Below, piece after piece: positions 14,868 to 23,195 of a DNA stretch of 51,406 bases. The stretch is from a virus. The notes beneath the pieces are model-generated. The model was not told where the DNA came from, searched no databases, and was given only the letters and a program-made list of their open reading frames with translations. The stretch's first letter is position 1. Each line of letters begins with the position of its first letter. The stretch is taken from IMG/VR virus record IMGVR_UViG_3300049811_000206, positions 1-51,406 of that record. The stretch is one strand, 5' to 3'. Position numbers and translations under genes: made by a program.

Positions 14868-17191
14868 ATAATGTTCCCCCACTTCAAAATGCTTTCGGCC
14901 ACGTTTGCTTTGCTTGTTAAGGCTTGCAGCACTTGGGCGTCAATCGTCCCCGGTGTCACAAGGTCAAGACGGGTTACCTTTTCGTGAATTGAACTTCCGC
15001 CACGGTAATTGCGGGCCTCGGCTTGCAGGTCATTTTCAAGCGAAAAATTACGGCTGAAAAAAATGCTGTAGCTGGAAGCCGTCAGGTTGACACCAACGCC
15101 CCCACTGGCCTGATTGGCGATCATGACCCGGCATTTGGGATCATTCTGAAACATGTCAATATTGGCTTGGCGTTCCTTGCCCGTGACTTCCCCGTGCAAT
15201 TGGGTGTAACCCAGCCCCAGCTTTTCACACACCTGGCGAATAACAGCATAATTTGCATGGAAAACGGCCCACACAATCACCTTGTGGTTGGGGGCAATAT
15301 CTTCCAGCAAGTCAGCAAGGGCCGCGATTCGTGGGCAATCGTCAAAAACCACTTCGGTGCCGTCTTCCGCCTTGAGGAATCCGCTGACGATTTGCTGTAA
15401 GCGCAACCCCTTGGTGATTGCCAGCTGTGCGGTGCACACCTTTGATTTTAGGAACGCCACGAAATCTTTTTTCATTTGTTCATAGGCGCGGGCTTGGTCA
15501 GGTGCCATTTCCACTTCAACCGTGTCACGCACCAGCGGGGGCAAATCCAAGCACTCGGATTTCACCACGCGCATGGCTTTGCGATACATTAGCCTACCCA
15601 ATTCGTCACTTGCCCCGGCACGTATGCGCCAATCAGGGAAATAACGTTGCGCGGGCATACCAGCGTTTTTGTCGAAAAAATACTTGGCGCGGAAGGAAAA
15701 GAAATTGTGCCCGAAGGTTTCCCCCTTGTCCAAAATCTTGAATTGCTGGAAGGCGTCCATGGGGCTGTTCAAGATAGGCGTTCCCGACAAAATCCACCGA
15801 TACCGCGTCAGGCTGGCCAGCTGAAAGCATGTTTTTGACCGCTTTGACTGCGGGCTTTTCATGCGTTGGCTTTCGTCAACGGCCATGGCCTCGGGCTGCC
15901 ACTTCTCGAAGGCTTCCACCATGGGCTTCATGGTCAAGGTTTCAAAATTGGTAATGAACACGGCGTTGGGATCGGCGGCAATGACTTTGTTGAACAGGTC
16001 AAGCCGCTTTTTGCCGCTACCCTTGAGCACAAAAACCCGGTCACTTATCTTTGAATTTTTCTGGAATTCACGTGCCCAGTTTTCGCATACCACCACTGGG
16101 CAAATAATTAGAGTGCGCAAAATTCTGGAATGCGCCAAGCATTTCCAGCGAAGCAAATCAATTGCCACCCTTGTCTTTCCCGAATTATGCACCACTAGAC
16201 CATTTGCAACAAAATTGTGGTGCGGTGCCTTACAGCAAATGTCATAGGTCATTTCCACGCCAACACGCTTGATTTCTGTCACGGTACGCCACGAAATAAC
16301 ACCATGCTTAAAATTCGCATATCCTTTGCTGTGCCCGCTTATATGTTCTTTAGCAGTAAGCAGCTGCAAGTTTTCCAGCGCATTATTTCGAGGATTTTTG
16401 TCAATGTGATGTACGTGAAATTTTTTGGGATCAATGTATTTTAGTTTGTTTGGTTTCTTTGTTTCTGCCTGAAACTGCGCCAGTGTAAGCCCATTCAAAT
16501 GGGCTTCAAAAATAGCGCGGTGCTTTTCCAATCTTTTGCAGCGTCGCCCATTGTACGGATGCGGAAATATCCGTGCATACTTGTGATGAATTCCCACTTG
16601 AATATCGGAATAGCGCGGTTTTTCTTTTTTTGCCCCGCTTCCAGTTTTCATGTGCCGGTGTAGGTAATCAAACGCAAGTTTTGTTTCTCCCACACGCAAG
16701 TCACGCAGTGGCTTGAATCCATCTTGGGTTAAGAATAGGTGGTCCGCTGTAGCTCGCAAAGGATTTCCATGATTCGTTGTGGATACGCTGAAAACTTCCT
16801 TTTCCCCGCTTCGCACAACCGCTTCAATTTCATTCAGACAAACATGGTCACCATTAAATGACCTGACATAGGTTTTAATTCCCGTATCCCATGCGTCACG
16901 TGTTCCCATTTCTACGTTGTTAAAATTTCGATATAGCTGTTCCAGCGTAATTTCAAACGCCTTTCCTGCACGATTCACCCTAATCAATGCGTCATGGGTA
17001 AGACACCCGGCTTCAAACAGTAAGGCATATTCTGGCATTTGCTTTGCTACTTCAAATGCTCGCCTCTGATGTTCCCACGGGGGGACTAGGAAGAAATTGG
17101 CAGGGGTATCGGTCACAGGTTTCCTTTCGGCCTCGGGCTTCAGATAGGGGCCGCGTTGCACTTGGTTTCCAAATCGAAATGGGCCACTCAT
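14864..17191 (-). CDS. SNF2-family (DEAD/H-like) helicase interrupted by an intein
   Basis: The exteins read ...LLFEAG + SGKTRVAIDL (Walker A GSGKT after splicing), then AVDESQ (box II), ILSGTP and C-terminal SNF2 motifs (QASGGVGVNLT, QAEARNYR). Residues 63-336 are the intein. Confidence 0.9.
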   Translation of the reverse strand: MSGPFRFGNQVQRGPYLKPEAERKPVTDTPANFFLVPPWEHQRRAFEVAKQMPEYALLFEAGCLTHDALIRVNRAGKAFEITLEQLYRNFNNVEMGTRDAWDTGIKTYVRSFNGDHVCLNEIEAVVRSGEKEVFSVSTTNHGNPLRATADHLFLTQDGFKPLRDLRVGETKLAFDYLHRHMKTGSGAKKEKPRYSDIQVGIHHKYARIFPHPYNGRRCKRLEKHRAIFEAHLNGLTLAQFQAETKKPNKLKYIDPKKFHVHHIDKNPRNNALENLQLLTAKEHISGHSKGYANFKHGVISWRTVTEIKRVGVEMTYDICCKAPHHNFVANGLVVHNSGKTRVAIDLLRWKCLAHSRILRTLIICPVVVCENWAREFQKNSKISDRVFVLKGSGKKRLDLFNKVIAADPNAVFITNFETLTMKPMVEAFEKWQPEAMAVDESQRMKSPQSKRSKTCFQLASLTRYRWILSGTPILNSPMDAFQQFKILDKGETFGHNFFSFRAKYFFDKNAGMPAQRYFPDWRIRAGASDELGRLMYRKAMRVVKSECLDLPPLVRDTVEVEMAPDQARAYEQMKKDFVAFLKSKVCTAQLAITKGLRLQQIVSGFLKAEDGTEVVFDDCPRIAALADLLEDIAPNHKVIVWAVFHANYAVIRQVCEKLGLGYTQLHGEVTGKERQANIDMFQNDPKCRVMIANQASGGVGVNLTASSYSIFFSRNFSLENDLQAEARNYRGGSSIHEKVTRLDLVTPGTIDAQVLQALTSKANVAESILKWGNII
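16184..17005 (-). mobile_element. Intein (274 aa) with an HNH homing-endonuclease domain, inserted in the helicase P-loop
   Basis: Block A is CLTHDALIRV (Cys1 codon at 17003-17005) and block B is ATADHLFLT. The HNH motif is FHVHHIDKNPRNNALENLQLLTAKEH. Block G is HNFVANGLVVHN followed by +1 Ser (Asn codon at 16184-16186). Confidence 0.85.
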
Positions 17192-17397
17192 TTATGCACC
17201 CGCAGGTTGTCAAGCACTTGGTCAAGACGCGCGTGGGCTTCCTGGCGAAGGCTTGTCAATTCGTCCACGTCTGTCAGGGAACGGCTTACAGTGAATTCAA
17301 GAATAGAACCTGTGAAATTGTCCCTGACGCGCACCACGATTTCCCGCTGATAGACTTTGGAAATCGCGGGCCGCTGGCCGCAATCGTGGTAGGTCAT
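17188..17397 (-). CDS. Hypothetical protein
   Basis: 69 aa, with ATGA overlaps at both ends (17394-17397 and 17188-17191). Confidence 0.6.
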   Translation of the reverse strand: MTYHDCGQRPAISKVYQREIVVRVRDNFTGSILEFTVSRSLTDVDELTSLRQEAHARLDQVLDNLRVHK

Positions 17398-17669
17398 GGA
17401 ACCCCCCGCTGGAAGCTTCGGCGCATTTCTTCATGCCCACACCAGCCAATGACCACATGGCCTTCAAGGTTTGGCTTGTGCATGCGCACCATATAGCTTT
17501 CCCGTTCACTCGGCAGGGTTCGCGCCGTTTGGAACACAAAGCCCGGGGATTCAATCGCCTTGAATACCTCAAGGCCATGCACCCCGCGCGGCACGGCAGA
17601 CGTTACTTTTCCCAGCTGGGGGCCTTCCCAGCTGGTGACTTCCACCCAATCCCCCGCCTGATAGCTCAT
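17394..17669 (-). CDS. Hypothetical protein
   Basis: 91 aa. ATGA overlap with the upstream gene at 17666-17669. Confidence 0.6.
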   Translation of the reverse strand: MSYQAGDWVEVTSWEGPQLGKVTSAVPRGVHGLEVFKAIESPGFVFQTARTLPSERESYMVRMHKPNLEGHVVIGWCGHEEMRRSFQRGVP

Positions 17670-18016
17670 TGTTTCACCGCCGGGGCTGCCTCAAGCTTCA
17701 GGAACGGGAAGTTTTTGCGCAAAACGGTTTCAAGCGCGTGGCGCGTGGCGTGCCCCTCGGGCGCACAATTTCGGCAAAAAATGAGCATGGCCGCGCAGGC
17801 GGGTGGAACCGGCACCTTGTTTTCGTCCACAAAGCCGCGCAAGGCCCCAAGGATTGTGTTGACCTCAAGGGCGAAAGCTTGGGCCATGGCCGCTTTCCTT
17901 TCCTCGGGCTTTAGTTCATGCACAGTAGCATTAGGCTTGTCAGTAGTATCCACAGCATTCCCCCAATCAAAAGGCTGGCCCCCAGCGTGAATTTCGGGTT
18001 TAGCGTCATGCGTCAC
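17666..18016 (-). CDS. Hypothetical protein
   Basis: 116-aa ORF in the coupled minus-strand chain. Confidence 0.6.
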   Translation of the reverse strand: MTHDAKPEIHAGGQPFDWGNAVDTTDKPNATVHELKPEERKAAMAQAFALEVNTILGALRGFVDENKVPVPPACAAMLIFCRNCAPEGHATRHALETVLRKNFPFLKLEAAPAVKQ

Positions 18017-18308
18017 CCATAGCCACGGGCGTTAGAATTTTGCGCAATGGTTCAGCGGGTTCCCCGGTCACGTCATTCATGTGGAAGCGGCTGACCGTGA
18101 TTTGAAGCTGTATTTTCCCAGGGGTGACAAGTAGCACCCCCCGTGCCTTGCCGTCCGCCCTGGTATCTTGGGCGTGTTGTATCAAAAGGGGAAGCACCTG
18201 TTGTTCCCATTGCTGGCGCACTTGGCCCCATTGGCTTCCACGCACAACCACATTCACGGAAGGCGGCCCGTGGTTGTCTTCGTCGGTTGGCAAGTATTCC
18301 CTATCCAT
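18006..18308 (-). CDS. Hypothetical protein
   Basis: 100-aa ORF in the coupled minus-strand chain. Confidence 0.6.
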   Translation of the reverse strand: MDREYLPTDEDNHGPPSVNVVVRGSQWGQVRQQWEQQVLPLLIQHAQDTRADGKARGVLLVTPGKIQLQITVSRFHMNDVTGEPAEPLRKILTPVAMGDA

Positions 18309-18507
18309 TCAGCACGTCCATGTTCCAAGTGCTTAATTCTGCCGCCTTGACCTCGAAACGGTCAACGCACATATCAAATCGCCTTCGAAGCGCTTCTACA
18401 GGCACAACCTTGACGCCCTTGCGCTCGGTTGCCTGCAAAATACGGTCAAATTGCACAAGTGCGGCGCGGGCCGCGTCCCGTTCTTTCATGGCCTGTTCCA
18501 GTGTCAC
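18301..18507 (-). CDS. Hypothetical protein
   Basis: 68 aa. GTG 18507 overlaps the upstream TGA. An alternative ATG is at 18489. Confidence 0.55.
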   Translation of the reverse strand: MTLEQAMKERDAARAALVQFDRILQATERKGVKVVPVEALRRRFDMCVDRFEVKAAELSTWNMDVLNG

Positions 18508-18848
18508 GGTGTTCCCCCAATTCCGCCCACTTGGGCTTTTGTGTTGACCATTCGGGCCAAGTCTTTGTTGACTGCTTTGGTTTGCTGCAATTCCGAACGG
18601 CAGTTTGACAAGTCAAGCGTTCGCACGGTGTGCTTCAGCATTACGTCTTCAAACCCGTCTGCCATGGCCCCGGCAATTTCCTGACGCAGGGTTTGCCGCA
18701 GCTGGTAGCTTTCCCGCTGAAAGCCAAGCCACAAAATCCCCCAAGCACAAAGAATCAAGCCAACCCCAGCGGTGGCAGATAGGGCCACAAAGGGGACGAA
18801 ACTGACGCGCACATGCAAGTGCTTTCCCACCCTGGCGGCGCTGAACAT
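18504..18848 (-). CDS. Membrane protein, first gene of the minus-strand early/replication block
   Basis: ATG 18848 is preceded by GGAGGG, 7 nt upstream. The TM segment is FVPFVALSATAGVGLILCAWGILWL. The upstream ATG at 18878 lies inside the 17-bp palindrome and has no RBS. Confidence 0.6.
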   Translation of the reverse strand: MFSAARVGKHLHVRVSFVPFVALSATAGVGLILCAWGILWLGFQRESYQLRQTLRQEIAGAMADGFEDVMLKHTVRTLDLSNCRSELQQTKAVNKDLARMVNTKAQVGGIGGTP

Positions 18849-18864
18849 TCGGCTGCCCTCCGAA

Positions 18865-18881
18865 ATTTTGTTGAACATAAT
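18865..18881. promoter_or_regulatory. 17-bp palindromic element, copy 1 (ATTTTGTTGAACATAAT)
   Basis: It lies in the divergent intergenic region between 18848(-) and 19076(+), 16 nt upstream of ATG 18848. It is identical to copy 4. Confidence 0.65.
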
Positions 18882-19075
18882 GCAACCACAACGCCTAGCA
18901 CAAATGCAAGCAATCCGCAAACCCAAACCCCGGAAAAAGAAAAACACCCGAGGTAATTCAGAGGTTACCAGCCGCCCCTTGACAGCCCCCCACGCATGCG
19001 TGGCATCGTGGCAAACACTAGCGCCACCTATAGGTGAAAAAAATTTGCACACGTTCGTGCGTGGGGATTGCTGAA

Positions 19076-21505
19076 ATGCTTCAAATCCTGGGGATTCGTG
19101 ACTACACGACAGCCGAAGGCGAAGTGAAAAAGCGCGATGCGTTTTTTCAAAACAATTGGCGTGCGCCAAGTGTTGCCGATTTGTTCAAAAACCTTGACGC
19201 CCACCTTGCCAAAATTCCCGAGGATGCACGGTGGAATTTATACTACACGGCAGCCAATTGCGGGGACGGCAAGCGCGAATTCAAGGAACAACACGTTTTC
19301 GCTTTCGACATTGACGGCATTGACGTGAACCGCGCCCGCGACTATGTGTCAATCATTTGCGCCACGCTTGGCGTGAAGCCCGAGGAAACGGGCACCGTGA
19401 TGACCGGCCACGGGCTGCAATTGCTGATTGGCCTGAAAAACCCAATCACTCGCGCCGCCTGGTTTCGTGAGACAAAGCCCCACTATGTTTTGGTGTTGCG
19501 CAAAATCACGGAAGCCTTGAAAGCCCACGGGCTAAAGTGTGACGCTGACGCTTCGGTGTATGACCACAGGCGTCTTTTGCGTCTGCCCGGAACAATCAAT
19601 GATAAGTCATATAAAGGCTTGCCGCGCACGCGGGCCGAATTGCTTCAGGCCAATATCGTCCCCGTTGAATTCGACATTGGGGCCTTGGCAGGGGCACCAG
19701 CGGAAACGCCGGAACACACGGTGCCCGCCGATTTCATGAAGCGTTATCCAAAGGTGGACACCCCTGCCGTGCTCGCAGGGTGCGAATTTCTGAAATGGAC
19801 CAAAGACAACGCGGCCAAGGTCAATGAGCCGCAATGGTATGCAGCCCTTTCGGTTTTGTCGCGTTGCGAAAATGGCCCCGTTCTTTGTCATGACTACTCG
19901 AAAACCCACCCTGGTTATACCGCCCAAGAAACGCAGCTGAAGATTGACCAAGCCCTAAACGCCAGCGGGCCACGCACGTGCAAGGGCATTGGGACCATGT
20001 GGGACGGGTGCAAGGATTGCCCGAATTTCGGCAAGGTCACCAGCCCAATCATGCTTCGCGGCGCGGACTATATCCGCACGGAAAGCACGGGTTTCCGCCA
20101 CGTGACCTTTGGCGAAGGGGGCAAGGTCACCATTGGCAAGCCTTGTTTTGAAGACTTGCTGAAGGCTTTTGAGCGCAAGCACCGATTCGTCACCATGGCC
20201 GCCAGCCGGATTGTTTACACGTGGACCGGGACGCATTACCAAGTCACCCACCGAAACGAAATCGAAGCGTTCGCACAAGAACAGGTCAGCCCGTCGCCTA
20301 CTATGTCCAATCGAAAAGAATTTGCCGACCTTGTGACGTGCTCCAATATCGTTTCGCCGGATTGGTTTGCCGAAAGCACTTGGCGCAAAATGAATTTCCT
20401 TAACGGTTGGCTTGACCTGACCACAATGACTTTCAACCCCCCAAGTGACCGGCTGGGGTTTCGCCATGTTTTGCCCTACAATTATGAACCCACGGCCACG
20501 TGCCCCCATTACCTTTCCCTTATGAACAACGTCACGGGCGGGGACAGTCAGCTACAGTCAATTTTGAACGAATATGCTGGGTATGCCCTTTCCAATGACA
20601 AGATTTGGCTTCAAAAGGCTTTGGTGCTTTTGGGCGAAGGCTCAAACGGCAAATCAACGTGGCTGAACATTCTGAAGGCGCTTGTGGGCGAGGGTAACTA
20701 TTCCAGCCTTGGCTTGAAAGATTTTGAAAGCGAATACTGCCGCCAAATGCTGGACGGCAAGCTTTTCAACGTGGCCGAAGAAATGCCCCGCCAGCGGCTT
20801 GAAACAGCCAATTTCAAAGCGATCAGCACAGGCGGAACCGTCCAAGCCCGCAAGCCTTACCAAGAACCATATAGCTTCACGAACCGGGCCAAAATGCTAT
20901 TTGCCTGCAACACCCTGCCCGAAACTCAAGACACCAGCGGGGGGTTTTTCCGCCGTTTCCTGATTGTGCCGTTCAACCAAGAATTCAGCGAAGCACGCGG
21001 CAACCTTGACCCGTTCATTGAAGACAAGGTGCTTGAGGAATTGCCCGGTGTGCTCAACACCGTGCTTTCGGCCTACCGTGCCTTGATTCTGAAAAAGCGT
21101 TTCACGGAATCGGAATTGACGAAAGAAGCCCTTTCCAGCTACCAAGACGCCCAAGACACGGTGCTTTCCTGGTGGAATGAATACGTGAGCGTGAACACCA
21201 ACGGCGGAATGGAAACCCAGGCCAGCCGAATCGGTGACATGTATGATTCCTATGTGCGAATCACCAAGGCCAACGGCCAAGCCCCGGTGAACAACAAATG
21301 GTTTGGCCGCCAGCTTAGTTCATTGCTTCCAAACTATCGGCGTCATTACTCCGAAATGTGGGACAAGCAAATGCGCATGAAAATCAGAATCCTGAAAGGC
21401 GTGACTTTCGTGGATGCGGCAGCCCTTGCCTCGGGTGCGCGTCCGGCTTTCAAGCTGGAAGAATGCACGCCCCTGCCCGAAATGTCCCTTGCCATTCCCA
21501 TGTAA
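19076..21505 (+). CDS. Bifunctional AEP primase-polymerase / D5-P4-family SF3 helicase
   Basis: AEP motifs are FAFDIDGID, GHGLQLLIGL and LLRLPGTIN. The helicase has Walker A LLGEGSNGKST, and NRAKMLFACNTLPETQDTSGGFFRRFLIVPF is typical of the D5/P4 primase C-terminal domain. An in-frame GTG at 19034 is possible. Confidence 0.9.
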   Translation: MLQILGIRDYTTAEGEVKKRDAFFQNNWRAPSVADLFKNLDAHLAKIPEDARWNLYYTAANCGDGKREFKEQHVFAFDIDGIDVNRARDYVSIICATLGVKPEETGTVMTGHGLQLLIGLKNPITRAAWFRETKPHYVLVLRKITEALKAHGLKCDADASVYDHRRLLRLPGTINDKSYKGLPRTRAELLQANIVPVEFDIGALAGAPAETPEHTVPADFMKRYPKVDTPAVLAGCEFLKWTKDNAAKVNEPQWYAALSVLSRCENGPVLCHDYSKTHPGYTAQETQLKIDQALNASGPRTCKGIGTMWDGCKDCPNFGKVTSPIMLRGADYIRTESTGFRHVTFGEGGKVTIGKPCFEDLLKAFERKHRFVTMAASRIVYTWTGTHYQVTHRNEIEAFAQEQVSPSPTMSNRKEFADLVTCSNIVSPDWFAESTWRKMNFLNGWLDLTTMTFNPPSDRLGFRHVLPYNYEPTATCPHYLSLMNNVTGGDSQLQSILNEYAGYALSNDKIWLQKALVLLGEGSNGKSTWLNILKALVGEGNYSSLGLKDFESEYCRQMLDGKLFNVAEEMPRQRLETANFKAISTGGTVQARKPYQEPYSFTNRAKMLFACNTLPETQDTSGGFFRRFLIVPFNQEFSEARGNLDPFIEDKVLEELPGVLNTVLSAYRALILKKRFTESELTKEALSSYQDAQDTVLSWWNEYVSVNTNGGMETQASRIGDMYDSYVRITKANGQAPVNNKWFGRQLSSLLPNYRRHYSEMWDKQMRMKIRILKGVTFVDAAALASGARPAFKLEECTPLPEMSLAIPM

Positions 21506-21512
21506 GATACTC

Positions 21513-21548
21513 GCCCTTGGCGTGCCCCACGCACCAAGGGCTTGTTTC
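21513..21548 (+). terminator. Terminator-like hairpin after the primase gene
   Basis: GCCCTTGGCGTG pairs with CACG(CA)CCAAGGGC (12 bp with a 2-nt bulge), followed by TTGTTTCC. Confidence 0.55.
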
Positions 21549-21603
21549 CCCGCCCCGGGCTGATTGTTGGCGCTATTGGCCCGGGGCCACCTAAAGCACA
21601 AAA

Positions 21604-21629
21604 AGCCCCCTGGTATTTCCCAGGGGGCT
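21604..21629 (-). terminator. Rho-independent terminator for the minus-strand operon ending at 21645
   Basis: AGCCCCCTGG (21604-21613) pairs with CCAGGGGGCT (21620-21629). Read on the minus strand, it is followed by TTTTTGTG. Confidence 0.75.
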
Positions 21630-21644
21630 TGTCTTATCCCGTGG

Positions 21645-21926
21645 CTATTCAGCGGGGCACGCTTCTGACCACGGGCATGGCAAATGCGTATAATTCAGCG
21701 CGTAATCTGTTTTGATGGCAAGCCACGCGGCAAATTCCATGTCCTCGCGCGTCTTCCCTACGTGCTGCAAAATTTCGTCATGGACCAAGGAACGCAGCCG
21801 GTGGGCATTCATATAGGGAACATGGTCCCCGGCAAAGGCAAGGCCCCGTGTTTCGTCAATCACCTTGGTCAGGCCGATATATTCGCGCAACAGGTGTTTC
21901 GGGACATGTTTGGTGAAATCCTTCAT
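21645..21926 (-). CDS. Hypothetical protein
   Basis: 93-aa ORF followed by a terminator. Confidence 0.6.
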   Translation of the reverse strand: MKDFTKHVPKHLLREYIGLTKVIDETRGLAFAGDHVPYMNAHRLRSLVHDEILQHVGKTREDMEFAAWLAIKTDYALNYTHLPCPWSEACPAE

Positions 21927-21953
21927 GGTGTGCCCCCTTCGCGTTTTATGTGG

Positions 21954-22778
21954 TTACTCGGCAGTATTCAGCAATTCGGCGGTGATTGGGTACTGAAAAC
22001 CAAGGGCGGGGCTTTCCGTGTAGTCAAAAAGCCCGGTGGTTGACCCGCTGGTGTTCGTGCAATTGGCCCCCATGCGGCGCGATTGGTAGTTAAAGGTTGC
22101 CGGTTGTGCGCGGCCCGTGGCCTGAATAATGTGGCCGTTGTCCGATATTTCGAACATGTTAGCCCACACGCCGTTGACAATCCCCACCTTGCACGTGCCT
22201 GCACAGGCTGGAAGGCTGCAAAACATATAGGCATTCGGGAAGTGACCGGCCACGCGGGAAAACTGCATGCGCCTGTCCCCACTGGCAACGAAGTAATCAG
22301 AGTTTGCGGGGTTGACCCAAACAAGGCTTCCAATTTCAGCCCCCAAGGCGTCCAAAACGCGGAAGGTGGGGAAACCTTCGCCCGGGGTTCCAGCGGCCCC
22401 GGCAGCCCCGTTTTGCCCGTCCTGGCCGTCAACCCCTGACTGCCCCACCAACCCGTTACACACAACCGTCACTTGGCGGTTTATGTCCTCGCCTTCGGTG
22501 AAAACGGGCTTGCCTTGGGCGTCTGTTTCTTGGGCCACGTCTGTCCACGTGGTGAACGCCTGGCCACCAGCGGGGCAGGTTTCACCCATGGGGACCGGGG
22601 CCGATTGGATGACTGCCGGGGCACCGGCTTGGCCCACGGTTGTGGTTTCAATGGTTTGGGTTTCCACCTTGGCCTTGGCTTCCGGTTGGTTCATGAGCGC
22701 TTGGGCGTCAGTGGCTTGGGGTTGCTGGCCGCAGGCTACAAGCGTGGTCAATGTAAGGATAGCCGTGAAAGTCTTCAT
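21954..22778 (-). CDS. Lipoprotein with a short collagen-like Gly-X-Y tract
   Basis: The signal plus lipobox is MKTFTAILTLTTLVAC. The G-X-Y run is GLVGQSGVDGQDGQNGAAGAAGTPGEG. The C-terminal domain is Cys-containing. Confidence 0.75.
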   Translation of the reverse strand: MKTFTAILTLTTLVACGQQPQATDAQALMNQPEAKAKVETQTIETTTVGQAGAPAVIQSAPVPMGETCPAGGQAFTTWTDVAQETDAQGKPVFTEGEDINRQVTVVCNGLVGQSGVDGQDGQNGAAGAAGTPGEGFPTFRVLDALGAEIGSLVWVNPANSDYFVASGDRRMQFSRVAGHFPNAYMFCSLPACAGTCKVGIVNGVWANMFEISDNGHIIQATGRAQPATFNYQSRRMGANCTNTSGSTTGLFDYTESPALGFQYPITAELLNTAE

Positions 22779-22837
22779 AAGGTGCCCCCTTGTGTAAGGT
22801 TTCCTCTATTGGCCCCCTTTGGTTCGGGGGCCGGGGG

Positions 22838-23065
22838 CTAGTTCTTTTCCACTCGGAAGTCACGCCCGTTGTCAAAGGCGGTGATTTTGTCAAAGGGAAT
22901 CCATTCGTCATTCAGCGTGTTCACGCCCTTGTCTTTGTGGACGCTGCGGCAGCGCACGCGGCCAAATGCGCCTTCACAATACAGGGTGTAAAAGTCATGG
23001 GCTTGGCGGCCATTCCAGTGGATCAATTCAAGCGCCATGTGGTCAGTTTTCAGTGTAGCCTTCAT
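22838..23065 (-). CDS. Hypothetical protein
   Basis: ATG 23065 is preceded by GAAGGGGG. The ORF track start at 23101 is less well supported. Confidence 0.55.
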   Translation of the reverse strand: MKATLKTDHMALELIHWNGRQAHDFYTLYCEGAFGRVRCRSVHKDKGVNTLNDEWIPFDKITAFDNGRDFRVEKN

Positions 23066-23130
23066 GCGTGCCCCCTTCGTTTGAATCGCGTTTGGGACCA
23101 TCCCGCCCGCCTTATAAATATCCTTTCGGT

Positions 23131-23147
23131 ATTTTGTTGAACAAAAT
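23131..23147. promoter_or_regulatory. 17-bp palindromic element, copy 2 (perfect: ATTTTGTTGAACAAAAT)
   Basis: Perfect 8+1+8 palindrome, upstream of the 23065(-) gene. Confidence 0.65.
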
Positions 23148-23153
23148 GAGTAG

Positions 23154-23180
23154 CACCTAAAACACTAATAGTTTTAGGTG
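23154..23180. other. 10-bp-stem hairpin between palindrome copies 2 and 3
   Basis: CACCTAAAAC (23154-23163) pairs with GTTTTAGGTG (23171-23180), with a 7-nt loop. It may terminate the 24848-to-23307 operon. Confidence 0.5.
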
Positions 23181-23195
23181 GGTGCGCTTGTAATT

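Noticed and set aside
18876-18878. ATG codons at 18878 and 24848 that give two ORFs the identical N-terminus MFNKIS
   Set aside because: Both ATGs lie inside the 17-bp palindrome and have no RBS. Good SD sites followed by ATG 18848 and GTG 24821 sit just downstream, so the shared peptide is most likely a by-product of the regulatory element.
19034-19075. GTG 19034 as the primase start
   Set aside because: It adds MKKICTRSCVGIAE with no RBS. ATG 19076 has GGGGA about 10 nt upstream. I kept it as an alternative only.
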